Below are positions 8,136-16,325 of a stretch of 18,124 bases of DNA, in pieces (position 1 is the first letter of the stretch; each line of letters begins with the position of its first letter). Where the stretch lies: NCBI GenBank assembly GCA_043779265.1, contig JAYWEM010000142.1:1-18124 (forward strand), in the 5' to 3' direction. The translations under genes and the position numbers were made by a program. The notes beneath the pieces are model-generated. The model saw only the letters and a program-made list of their open reading frames with translations, was not told the DNA's origin and did not search any database. The stretch comes from a bacterium. Lineage in GTDB: Bacteria > Eisenbacteria > RBG-16-71-46.

Positions 8136-8735
8136 ATGACCCTCGAACAATTGCAGTGGGCTGCACTGTGGGCGCTCGCGCCCCTGGTGCTCGCATTCCT
8201 CGATGCCCCGTTCCGCACACTCGGGCAGCAATACCTCGTGCATCGATGGGGCGAGCGGCTCGTTCTGTTCAGCATCGAGCTCAATCTGCTCATGCTGTGG
8301 GCGCTGACCCGCCTCGTGCTCGGTCACGACGTCGGGCTGTTCCCCGACGTGCTCAGGCTGCCCATGGCCGCGCTCGGCCTGGTGATCGTGTGGGCGGGTA
8401 CCGTGTTCACGGTGTGGGGCAAGCTCGCGCTCGGGCGGCAGTTCACTGCCTCGTTCGCCATCCGCAAGGACCACACGCTGGTGACGAGGGGCCCGTACGC
8501 GATCACGCGCCACCCGATCTACACCGGGCTGCTCGCCATGGCGATCGGAGCCGCGCTCGTGCTCGACAGTGGGCTCACGCTCGGCTTCACCGCCCTGCTG
8601 GTGCTGCCGTTCTGGTTCCACACCGCCATCGAGGAGCCGCTGCTCGAACAGCACTTCGGCGAGGAGTGGAAGCTCTACCGAGCGAAGGTGCCGCGGCTGA
8701 TTCCGGGGTGGAAGCGGGGCGCCCCGAGCCGCTAG
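8136..8735 (+). CDS. Isoprenylcysteine carboxyl methyltransferase (ICMT/PEMT) family membrane protein, 199 aa
   Basis: Hydrophobic helices; LGRQF, HTLVTRGPYAITRHPIYTG, IEEPLLEQHFGEEW..Y..KVPRLIP signature. ATG 8136 with GGGAG upstream. Confidence 0.9.
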   Translation: MTLEQLQWAALWALAPLVLAFLDAPFRTLGQQYLVHRWGERLVLFSIELNLLMLWALTRLVLGHDVGLFPDVLRLPMAALGLVIVWAGTVFTVWGKLALGRQFTASFAIRKDHTLVTRGPYAITRHPIYTGLLAMAIGAALVLDSGLTLGFTALLVLPFWFHTAIEEPLLEQHFGEEWKLYRAKVPRLIPGWKRGAPSR

Positions 8736-8776
8736 ACTCCGATCGAGCCGGGCGCTCACCGAATCGAGGGATCCTC

Positions 8777-8874
8777 TTGTCGGATGCTCCCGTGCGAACC
8801 GCGTCGGCAGCGGCACTCCTGATACTCGTGCTGTGCGTGAGTCCCTGCAGCGCTGTGGACTGGACGCTGCAGGG
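8777..8874 (+). other. Out-of-frame signal-peptide-coding 5' end of the downstream secreted protein gene
   Basis: GAGGG-N6-TTG 8777 (or GTG 8792) gives MSDAPVRTASAAALLILVLCVSPCSA|VDWTLQG. One extra G in the GGG at 8872-8874 would join this to the 8833-11250 frame. Confidence 0.6.
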
Positions 8875-11250
8875 AGCCCGATCCGGTACTCGGGCAAGCA
8901 GCTCGTCCAGGAGGACGGCGCTCGGATCGACCTCATGGGTGGCTTCGCGGGACTCTCCGGTTCCCCGACGGACGATGTCTGGACGTGGACCGCCTCCTCG
9001 GGCTGGCACCGTCAGGCCCTGGTTGAGGACGCGCTTCGCGGCGGCGGCGCGATCGCAGTCGATCGCGAGCGAGCGCGATTCCTCTGCTTCACGCCGGATC
9101 CCACCATCGCATCGCAGGGCTTGCTCTGGGCGATCCGTCCTTCGGCGCCGACCCTTCGCGAGGATCTCGGCTCCACGCCATTCGGCCAGATCGTGGACGC
9201 GACACTGGATGGCGATGATCGTCTCTGGTTGCTCGCGCGCGGTGGCAGCGGCTCGACGGTGATGGATCTCTGGTGGAGATCCCTGGCGGACACCGGAACC
9301 TGGCGGCGAGTGGGGAGCCTGCCCTCGACGACGTTCTTCCTACCCGGCTCCTGGCACTTCGATCGACTGCACCAGCGCCACTTGTTTGTGACCGCGCCCA
9401 GCGGAGCACCACCCTCGCTGTGGAGCTTCTCCGCGACCGGGGGGGCCACGAGTGTCGTGTATCCACTTCACCAGCTGCAGCCATTCGGGTGGGCGGTGAA
9501 CGCATTCGTCGATACCGACCGGCGTCGACTGCTCGTTGCGTCCTCGGCCGATGGAGGTGTCCCGGGCTCTTCTGCAGCCATCGCCCGTCTCGATGTGATC
9601 TCGTTGGATACGCTGGGCAGCGCACATCAGCTCGCCGTGGCGCTCACCGATCCGCCCGGGCAGCGGCCGTTCGCGAACTTCGGGCTCAATGCTTCCGGGT
9701 TCTGGGCGGTCTGGGGGGATCCCGCGGTCCCCATCCGGCGTGCGGACGTCGACTCGCTTGCTTCCTGGCGACTCGTCGCCGACTCGGGGCCCTCGCCTCG
9801 AGCGAGAGACTACAGCTTCCCGACCGAACCCTTCGTTCTCGAGGACGACGTGAGTGGATGGTTGCTCGGCGAGCATCTGGGTTTCGGTGTGCGCGACTGG
9901 TCGTTGCTCTGGCAACTCGACCTGCGAGACGAGCGCGTGCGATGGACGGGTGCGCGTATCGCCGGCGTCGTCCCCGAGTCGACCGGGATCTCGGCCACCA
10001 CCTATTCACCCGATGAGCGCCGCTGGTACGCCGTCGGGCCCGACGCGGTCTGGGCGTTCGATCTCGAGCCCACCCCGCACTGGTCGCGGCTCGGGAGTTC
10101 GGGGCCCGGATTCGCGCCCTCCGGCCTGGCTTTCGATCCGCTCCGCCGTCGCCTGTGGGCCGATGATGGGTCGCTGGCGTACTGGTCGCTCGATGGGGGC
10201 GAGTGGCGTCGGCTGACTGCTGCCTGTCCCGCCGACTCGATCCTCGATCCCTACCCACGGCTCTCGTACGATGCCCGCCACGAGCGGTTGCTTCGCTCGG
10301 ATCGAGCCGGTGTCCGTTCGCACACGATGGGTGACTACTCATGCTGGAAGCTCGAGCTGCGCACGTCGGGATTCGGATTGAGCGACGCGGAGGTCCCGAG
10401 GTGGCGATCGAGTGGCGATGGGCAGCCCTACCCGCTGCCGCTTCCGCCCTCTTCCGCGCGCACGCTGCTCATCGATGAGCGACGAGGTGAACTGCATCTC
10501 GACGGAGGCCTGCACTCCTTCTACACGCAGTCGGTGAGCTACGGGCAGGCGGTGTCGCTCACCACTCCGATCGCGGGTGCGCGCGACGTCTCGGGCCATC
10601 CGATCCCGGTCCGGAATGGCCGCGCGGTCGCATTGGCTCCAGCCAGCGACCGGATCGTACTGGCGATGGGTCCGCAGGTCTGGACCTGGCCGGCGGGCAA
10701 CACCGAGCTTCCTTGGGCGATCGCGCTACCGGTCGTGCAGGCGCCGGGTGCGGTGCGGCTCGCCTGGCGAGTGGCCACGGCGTTCGCATCGCCCGCCACG
10801 CTCTGGCGTCGCACACCCACCGATGCCTGGCAGATGATCGCCCGGCTCTCGCCCGATGCGAGCGGCGCCTTCTCCTTCGAGGATCCTGCTGCCATCGCCG
10901 GCCATCGCTTCGGCTATCGACTGACTCGCGGCGATCGCATGACCGACTTGGCTTCGCGCGATCAGTGGCTGGTGCGCGAGACGCGCGCGGAGTTCGCGCT
11001 CCACCACGCCTGGCCGAATCCCTCGTCGGGCCACCTGACGCTTTCGTTCGCGCTCGCCCACCCGGGCGCCGCACGGTTCGAACTGTTCGACCTCTCGGGC
11101 CGGCGAGTCTGGCTCGAGACACGAGCGGCGCAGAGCGGACAGCAGCTCGCTTCGCTGGAACTCCCGACCCGCGTGCACGCGGGCGTCTATCTGCTGCGCG
11201 TCGTCTCGGGCGGCGAGAGGCGAAGCGCCCGCATCGCCGTCATCCGCTGA
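8833..11250 (+). CDS. Large putative secreted beta-propeller (Kelch-like) protein with an FN3-like segment and a C-terminal T9SS type A / FlgD-Ig-like domain; true start probably 8777 via a frameshift
   Basis: C-terminus AWPNPSSG..TLSFAL...ARFELFDLSGRRV...AGVYLLRV....RIAVIR. About nine repeats of a [FYVI]D-x-x-R-x-R-[LW] blade motif; Trp-rich. Confidence 0.75.
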   Translation: MRESLQRCGLDAAGSPIRYSGKQLVQEDGARIDLMGGFAGLSGSPTDDVWTWTASSGWHRQALVEDALRGGGAIAVDRERARFLCFTPDPTIASQGLLWAIRPSAPTLREDLGSTPFGQIVDATLDGDDRLWLLARGGSGSTVMDLWWRSLADTGTWRRVGSLPSTTFFLPGSWHFDRLHQRHLFVTAPSGAPPSLWSFSATGGATSVVYPLHQLQPFGWAVNAFVDTDRRRLLVASSADGGVPGSSAAIARLDVISLDTLGSAHQLAVALTDPPGQRPFANFGLNASGFWAVWGDPAVPIRRADVDSLASWRLVADSGPSPRARDYSFPTEPFVLEDDVSGWLLGEHLGFGVRDWSLLWQLDLRDERVRWTGARIAGVVPESTGISATTYSPDERRWYAVGPDAVWAFDLEPTPHWSRLGSSGPGFAPSGLAFDPLRRRLWADDGSLAYWSLDGGEWRRLTAACPADSILDPYPRLSYDARHERLLRSDRAGVRSHTMGDYSCWKLELRTSGFGLSDAEVPRWRSSGDGQPYPLPLPPSSARTLLIDERRGELHLDGGLHSFYTQSVSYGQAVSLTTPIAGARDVSGHPIPVRNGRAVALAPASDRIVLAMGPQVWTWPAGNTELPWAIALPVVQAPGAVRLAWRVATAFASPATLWRRTPTDAWQMIARLSPDASGAFSFEDPAAIAGHRFGYRLTRGDRMTDLASRDQWLVRETRAEFALHHAWPNPSSGHLTLSFALAHPGAARFELFDLSGRRVWLETRAAQSGQQLASLELPTRVHAGVYLLRVVSGGERRSARIAVIR

Positions 11251-11271
11251 TGAACGCCATCGTCCTCTCGC

Positions 11272-12621
11272 TCACGGCCACACTGCGCTCGCCACGCTGA
11301 CGAACGAGCCGTCCTTCTCGTCGCTCATCGTGTAGCCGAGCTGACGACCGACGCCGGGTTCGGCGCAGCGCAACATGCAGTAGGTGGGAGCGAAGCCGCA
11401 GATGCGGGTGGCATCGTCGCCCGAGGCGATGGTGTCGAACCAGTTGTCCGGGTCGCCCGCGATCGCGGCAGCGATGGCAGCGTCGTCGAGCTGCCGAACG
11501 GCTGCTCGGGCGGCTTCATCGAGGGGCGGATCGCCGAAGCGGGGCCCGACGTGCGAGAAGTCCACGCCGGCCACATAAAGCGTGTGGCCGCCCAAGTCGG
11601 TCTCGGCGGCGCGCACGGCGGTGATCAAACCCTCGACCATCTCGTCCTGGCGCGGCGTGCGCTGCTCGTCGAGCAGTGTGTGGAAGCCGCCGCACAGGAT
11701 CGGCACCAGCGTCCACGGGCGCTTGCCGAGGCGGCGCTGCAGATAGAGCAGCTGGAACTCGATGCTGTGCTCGTCGCGGTGGGCCAGCTCGCCGTGGTAG
11801 GCGGCCTCGCCCAGCGCGGCGGCCAGGCGGTCGACGAATGCGGTGTCGGTCGTCACGCGGCCGAGCGGCGTCTGGAAGTGCTTGCGCGTCAGCGCCACGC
11901 GATCGCCGTCCATCTGATGCCCGGTGCCGAACACGATCACCCGCAGCGGCTCGGTGGAGGCGTCATCGAGCTGCTCGAACGCGCTCGCCATGAGCGCGCC
12001 CTCTCGGCGCACATCGAGGTGCGGCGCGAGGATGGCGCGCGGCATCGTGCGTGCCGCGGCACCAGGCGCACCGTCTCTCGCGGCCGCCTGAGCGAACTGG
12101 GCGTCGAGGAACGTCTCGAGCTCGGCCTTGTCGGCCGGGTAGGCCTGCCCTTCGTGCGCGGCGGGCCGGATCTCGAGAGCGTGGTACTGGGCGCGCACCT
12201 GCTCGTAGGCCTTCTCGAATCGCGGCGATTCGAGCATCAGCATCTCGTCGAGCTGTGCGATGAAGTCACGCACCATGTTGCCGACGCGCATGTCCTTGCT
12301 CTCCTGCATCACCGCGGCGGTGATGTCGGAGAGCGCCACCGTGCCGTCCAGAAGCTGGAGGATCGGGAGCGATTCCATGCCGAGCACGGGCGTGCCCTGG
12401 ATGACACCGAGCGGATCCTGCACGGCGATCAACTCGCGTCCACCGTCGCGCACGGGCATCAGCATCACGCGGCGCAGCCTCGGGTACTGGGGCAGGTCGG
12501 CGGCGCTCTCACGCATCATGCCGGGCGGCAGGATGATGCGCGGCTTCTCGTCAGCGGGCGGTTCGCCGCCGGGCAGGATGAGGCGCGAGGGCTTCGCGGG
12601 TTCGTCGGGACCGAGGACCAT
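11272..12621 (-). CDS. amrB: MEMO1-family protein (AmmeMemoRadiSam system protein B) with N-terminal extension, 449 aa
   Basis: IRPAAH.G..YP, APHLD, GTGH, FQTPLG, EHSIEFQL, DFSHVG and ICG.AP motifs. ATG 12621 with GGAG upstream. The longer 13431 ORF is an antisense extension. Confidence 0.88.
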   Translation of the reverse strand: MVLGPDEPAKPSRLILPGGEPPADEKPRIILPPGMMRESAADLPQYPRLRRVMLMPVRDGGRELIAVQDPLGVIQGTPVLGMESLPILQLLDGTVALSDITAAVMQESKDMRVGNMVRDFIAQLDEMLMLESPRFEKAYEQVRAQYHALEIRPAAHEGQAYPADKAELETFLDAQFAQAAARDGAPGAAARTMPRAILAPHLDVRREGALMASAFEQLDDASTEPLRVIVFGTGHQMDGDRVALTRKHFQTPLGRVTTDTAFVDRLAAALGEAAYHGELAHRDEHSIEFQLLYLQRRLGKRPWTLVPILCGGFHTLLDEQRTPRQDEMVEGLITAVRAAETDLGGHTLYVAGVDFSHVGPRFGDPPLDEAARAAVRQLDDAAIAAAIAGDPDNWFDTIASGDDATRICGFAPTYCMLRCAEPGVGRQLGYTMSDEKDGSFVSVASAVWP

Positions 12622-12665
12622 GAGTGGATCGCTCCGCGTCAGAGTGGGGAGGTCGGGTGAGCCGC

Positions 12666-12671
12666 AGTCTA
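12666..12671 (-). promoter_or_regulatory. Possible -10 element (TAGACT) for the MEMO1-family gene
   Basis: TAGACT on the - strand, 45 nt upstream of ATG 12621, in a divergent intergenic region; no clear -35. Confidence 0.3.
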
Positions 12672-12759
12672 GATGGGAAATCGGGATTCGGCACCCGTGC
12701 CCCGACGCGCCGCCGTTCGGCGTGCATCCGACTTCCGCATGGTCCATAGTCCCGACCCC

Positions 12760-13254
12760 ATGACCACTACTGCGATGACCAAGCTGCTCGAGTCCTATCT
12801 GACCGGGCTCGAAGGCGATCCCGGGTTCTGGCGCGGCGAGCGCGACGAGGTCCCGATTTTCGTCTTCAGTGACGATGACAACGACCGCATGCGCCTGATG
12901 GCGCCGATCGGTGTCGTCGAGGAACTCGATGCCGACCTGATGCACGCCCTGCTGCAGGCCAACTACGATCGCGCGCTCGACGCGCGGTACGCCATGCGCG
13001 GCCGCGAGTTGTGGGCCGTCGTGGTGCACCCGCTGGCGACGCTCGCGACCGATGACCTGCCGTCGATGTTCGACCAGATCGTGGCGCTGGTGAAGAACAC
13101 CGGTTCCTCGTTCGCCTCGACCGACCTCGTGTTCCGCTCGCTGCCGGACGACATCGTGCTCGAGACCGACGACAGTGAAGAGGGCGACGAGGGTGAAGAC
13201 GATGACGACGATGGGGATGACGATATTCTCGGCGAGGGCCGAGAGCGGCGATGA
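12760..13254 (+). CDS. CesT/YbjN-like (type III secretion chaperone fold) protein with an acidic C-terminal tail
   Basis: DRMRLMAPI...LLQANYDRALDARYA....LWAVVVHPL pattern of T3SS-chaperone-fold proteins; D/E-rich tail. Start uncertain (12739, 12760 or 12775). Confidence 0.65.
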   Translation: MTTTAMTKLLESYLTGLEGDPGFWRGERDEVPIFVFSDDDNDRMRLMAPIGVVEELDADLMHALLQANYDRALDARYAMRGRELWAVVVHPLATLATDDLPSMFDQIVALVKNTGSSFASTDLVFRSLPDDIVLETDDSEEGDEGEDDDDDGDDDILGEGRERR

Positions 13255-14114
13255 ACCCCGCCGAGGGCCCGGTATCCGCGGTTGCCATCGACCTGCGCGT
13301 CGACCGTGAGATGGCCCTGCCCGGCCGCGTGTGGTGCGCCGAGCGGCCGCGCGGCCTCGTCGCCATCGTGCACGGCCTGGGCGAACACAGCGGCCGCTAC
13401 GCCGCCCTCGCCTCCAAGTTGGTTGGTGCACGATTCACCGTGGTGGCGCTCGATCTGCCCGGACACGGCGAGACGACCGGGCCTCGCGGCGATCTGCCGT
13501 GGGACAAGGTCCGCGACCAGGTGCTGCCCGCCATGTTCACCGCCGCTCGCGGCATGCCGGGGCAACCGCTCGAGCTACCGGTCGTCCTGATCGGGCACAG
13601 CATGGGCGGCCTGATGGCGCTCGACCACGCGCTCGCGCACCCCAAGCCGATCTCGGCGCTCGTGCTCAGCGCTCCCGCGCTGCGCACGCCGATGCCGCCG
13701 TGGTGGAAGCTGGCGATGGCACAGGTGGCCCGCCTCGCGACACCGACGGCGGGCTTCCCGAACGGCCTCGACCCCGAAGGACTCGCGCGCGACCCCGAGG
13801 TGGTGAAGCGCTATCGCGATGATCCGAACGTGCACGATCGCATCAGCCCGCGACTCTACTTCTCGTTCCTCGAGGCGCAGGCGCGCTGCCGCCGCTCGGC
13901 GCAGTCATTGCAGTTGCCGACGCTCGTGCTCCAGGGCATGGCCGATCGACTCGTGGAGCCCAAGGGCTCGCTCGATCTGTTCGGCGCGGTGCCACATGGA
14001 CGCATGCGATTCGTGACGCTCAAGGACACCTACCACGAGTTGTTCAACGACACGGGCCGCGAAGACGTCCTGCGCGACATGATCGCGTGGCTCGATGCCG
14101 CGGTCGTGGTGTGA
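13251..14114 (+). CDS. Alpha/beta hydrolase, lysophospholipase / monoacylglycerol lipase family
   Basis: VHGLGEHSGRY, DLPGHG, nucleophile elbow GHSMGG, QG.AD.LV, YHEL. ATGA overlap with the upstream gene. Confidence 0.92.
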   Translation: MNPAEGPVSAVAIDLRVDREMALPGRVWCAERPRGLVAIVHGLGEHSGRYAALASKLVGARFTVVALDLPGHGETTGPRGDLPWDKVRDQVLPAMFTAARGMPGQPLELPVVLIGHSMGGLMALDHALAHPKPISALVLSAPALRTPMPPWWKLAMAQVARLATPTAGFPNGLDPEGLARDPEVVKRYRDDPNVHDRISPRLYFSFLEAQARCRRSAQSLQLPTLVLQGMADRLVEPKGSLDLFGAVPHGRMRFVTLKDTYHELFNDTGREDVLRDMIAWLDAAVVV

Positions 14115-14791
14115 GCGGCGAGACCGTCGGCTCGATCGTCTCCGTGCGCACCGGCCGGGTGCGCCAGCTGGCGATGCCGGCGTGGGATCGAACGGGCGAG
14201 GCCTCGTGGTCGAGTGCGTTCATCAAGGGCGAGCGTGAGGGCGCAGTGAGCGTGGGCGCGCTCGGTATGGAAGGCGACGAGCAAGCCGACCGCGTGCATC
14301 ACGGCGGGCCCGAGATGGCGGTGCTCATGTACGCCGCCGCGCACTACGAGACGTGGCGCGGCGAGCCGGGCCTCGAGGCGATGGGCCCGGGGGGACTCGG
14401 CGAGAATCTGACGGTGTCGTCGCTCGATGAGACGAACGTGTGCGTCGGCGATGTGCTCGAGGTGGGAGGCTGCGTCCTCCAGATTGCTTCACCGCGCGCG
14501 CCGTGCAACTCGATCTCGCGGCGCTGGAATAACGCCGCGCTGCTGCGACGCGTCACCGAGCGATTGTGGACCGGCTGGTACCTGCGTGTGCTGGAAGAGG
14601 GCAACGTGCAGGTCGGGGACTCGATCACATTGCGCCAGCGCCTGCATGCTGATTGGAGCGTCCATTCGCTGCTCGCGCTGAGGCTTCGCACCCCGCGCGA
14701 CCCCGCGCGACTCGCCCATGCGCAGACGCTCGAGGCGATGAGCGCGGAGTGGCACAACTACTTCGCGAAGTTGGCGCTCAAGCACGCCTGA
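14111..14791 (+). CDS. MOSC domain protein, YiiM-like with C-terminal 3-alpha region
   Basis: SAFIK, GDEQADRVHHGG, GENLTV, VCVGD, PRAPC (conserved Cys), TGWYLRVLEEG.V..GD. GTG 14111 overlaps the hydrolase TGA. Confidence 0.9.
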   Translation: MSGETVGSIVSVRTGRVRQLAMPAWDRTGEASWSSAFIKGEREGAVSVGALGMEGDEQADRVHHGGPEMAVLMYAAAHYETWRGEPGLEAMGPGGLGENLTVSSLDETNVCVGDVLEVGGCVLQIASPRAPCNSISRRWNNAALLRRVTERLWTGWYLRVLEEGNVQVGDSITLRQRLHADWSVHSLLALRLRTPRDPARLAHAQTLEAMSAEWHNYFAKLALKHA

Positions 14792-14821
14792 GCACTGCGC
14801 TCCGCCGAGCTTCGAGTCCGC

Positions 14822-16309
14822 TCAGCCCAGCACGCGCCGCACCGCGTCCTGCCACCTCGCGCGTTCGGCCTTGCGCCATGCGGGCTTCTGTTCCGGGCGG
14901 AACTCGCGGTCGAGTCGGCGGGCGGCATCGAGGTCGCGCGTGGATCTCCACAGGCCCGCGCCCAGGCCGGCCAGCAGCCCGGCGCCGAGCGCCGTGGTCT
15001 CGACCACCTTGGGGCGGCGCACGGGTACGCCGAGCAGGTCGGCCTGCGTCTGCATGAGCCAGTCGTTACTGGTCGCGCCGCCATCCACCTGCAGCACGCG
15101 CAGCGGTGCACCGGCGTCGCGCGCCATGGCATCGACCAGGTCCATGCTCTGGAACGCCAGCGACTCGAGCGTCGCGCGCACGACGTGCGCCCGCGTGACG
15201 CCGCGCGTCAGACCGAGCAGAGCGCCTCTCGCCTCGGGACGCCAGTAGGGGGCGCCGAGTCCAGCGAAGGCGGGCACCAGCACGACGCCCGCGCTGTCTG
15301 GCACCGACTTCGCCATCGCCTCGGTGTCGCTCGCGCTCTCGATCAGGCCGAGCCCATCGCGCAGCCACTGGATCGCGGCTCCCGCCACGAACACGCTGCC
15401 CTCGAGCGCGTAGGCGGCCTCGCCACGCGGGCCGCAGGCGATCGTCGTCAGCAGGCCGGCGCGCGACATCACGGCGCGATTGCCGGTGTGGAGCAGCAGG
15501 AAGCAGCCGGTGCCGTAGGTGTTCTTCGATTGCCCCGGCCGTACGCAACCCTGCCCGAACAGCGCCGCCTGCTGGTCGCCCGCGATGCCGGTGATCGGGA
15601 TGCCGTCGGGCAGCGGGCGGAAGCCACGCGTCTCCCCGAACGAGCCGCTCGAGGCGAGCACGTCGGGCATCGCGCTGGCGGGCACGCCGAACAGCCGCAT
15701 CAGCACCGGGTCCCAGCGCCTGCTCTTGAGGCCGAACAGCAGTGTGCGCGATGCGTTGGTGGGATCGGTCGCATGCACCGCGCCGCCGCTCAGGCGCCAC
15801 AGCAGCCAGCTGTCCACGGTGCCGAATGCGAGACGGCCTTGCCGCGCGAGCCGCCTTGCGAGCGGTTCGCGATCGAGCGTCCACTCGATCTTGGTGGCCG
15901 AGAAGTAGGGGTCGGCACGCAGGCCGGTCAGTCGCCGCAGCAACGGCTCGCGGCCCTGCTTGCGCAACTCCTCGCAGCGCTCGCTGGTGCGGCGATCCTG
16001 CCAGACGATGGCGCGTGCCACCGGCTCGCCCGTCCGGCGATCCCACAGCAGCGAGGTCTCGCGCTGATTGGTGATACCGATGCAGCGGATCCGGGCGGCG
16101 CTCACGCGTGCCGCGGCCAGCGCCGCATGCACGGCGCGCTGCGAAGTGGTGATCAGGTCCTCGGGGTCGTGCTCCACCCAGCCCGGCTTGGGGAAGTGCT
16201 GGGGCAGCTCGCAGTAACCGCGGCCGCGCACGCGTCCGTCATGCGACAGCAGCAGCGCGGTGGTGCCGGTGGTGCCGGCGTCGATGGCGAGGACGAGATC
16301 CGCACGCAT
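14822..16309 (-). CDS. glpK: Glycerol kinase
   Basis: DAGTT, GWVEHD, GITNQRET, IVWQDRR, YFSATK, TDPTNASRT, GDQQAALFG, KNTYGTGCF, YALEGS, GLGAPYW. AGGAG SD. Confidence 0.96.
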   Translation of the reverse strand: MRADLVLAIDAGTTGTTALLLSHDGRVRGRGYCELPQHFPKPGWVEHDPEDLITTSQRAVHAALAAARVSAARIRCIGITNQRETSLLWDRRTGEPVARAIVWQDRRTSERCEELRKQGREPLLRRLTGLRADPYFSATKIEWTLDREPLARRLARQGRLAFGTVDSWLLWRLSGGAVHATDPTNASRTLLFGLKSRRWDPVLMRLFGVPASAMPDVLASSGSFGETRGFRPLPDGIPITGIAGDQQAALFGQGCVRPGQSKNTYGTGCFLLLHTGNRAVMSRAGLLTTIACGPRGEAAYALEGSVFVAGAAIQWLRDGLGLIESASDTEAMAKSVPDSAGVVLVPAFAGLGAPYWRPEARGALLGLTRGVTRAHVVRATLESLAFQSMDLVDAMARDAGAPLRVLQVDGGATSNDWLMQTQADLLGVPVRRPKVVETTALGAGLLAGLGAGLWRSTRDLDAARRLDREFRPEQKPAWRKAERARWQDAVRRVLG

Positions 16310-16325
16310 GGAGGTGTCTCCTGGT

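Noticed and set aside
12622..13431. Extension of the MEMO ORF to 719 aa
   Set aside because: It is antisense to the CesT-like and hydrolase genes; its hydrophobic stretch is just the complement of the acidic tail.
14788..14825. Inverted repeat CTGAGC/GCTCAG at the MOSC-glpK junction as a terminator
   Set aside because: It arises mostly from the two convergent TGA stops; long loop and no U-tract.
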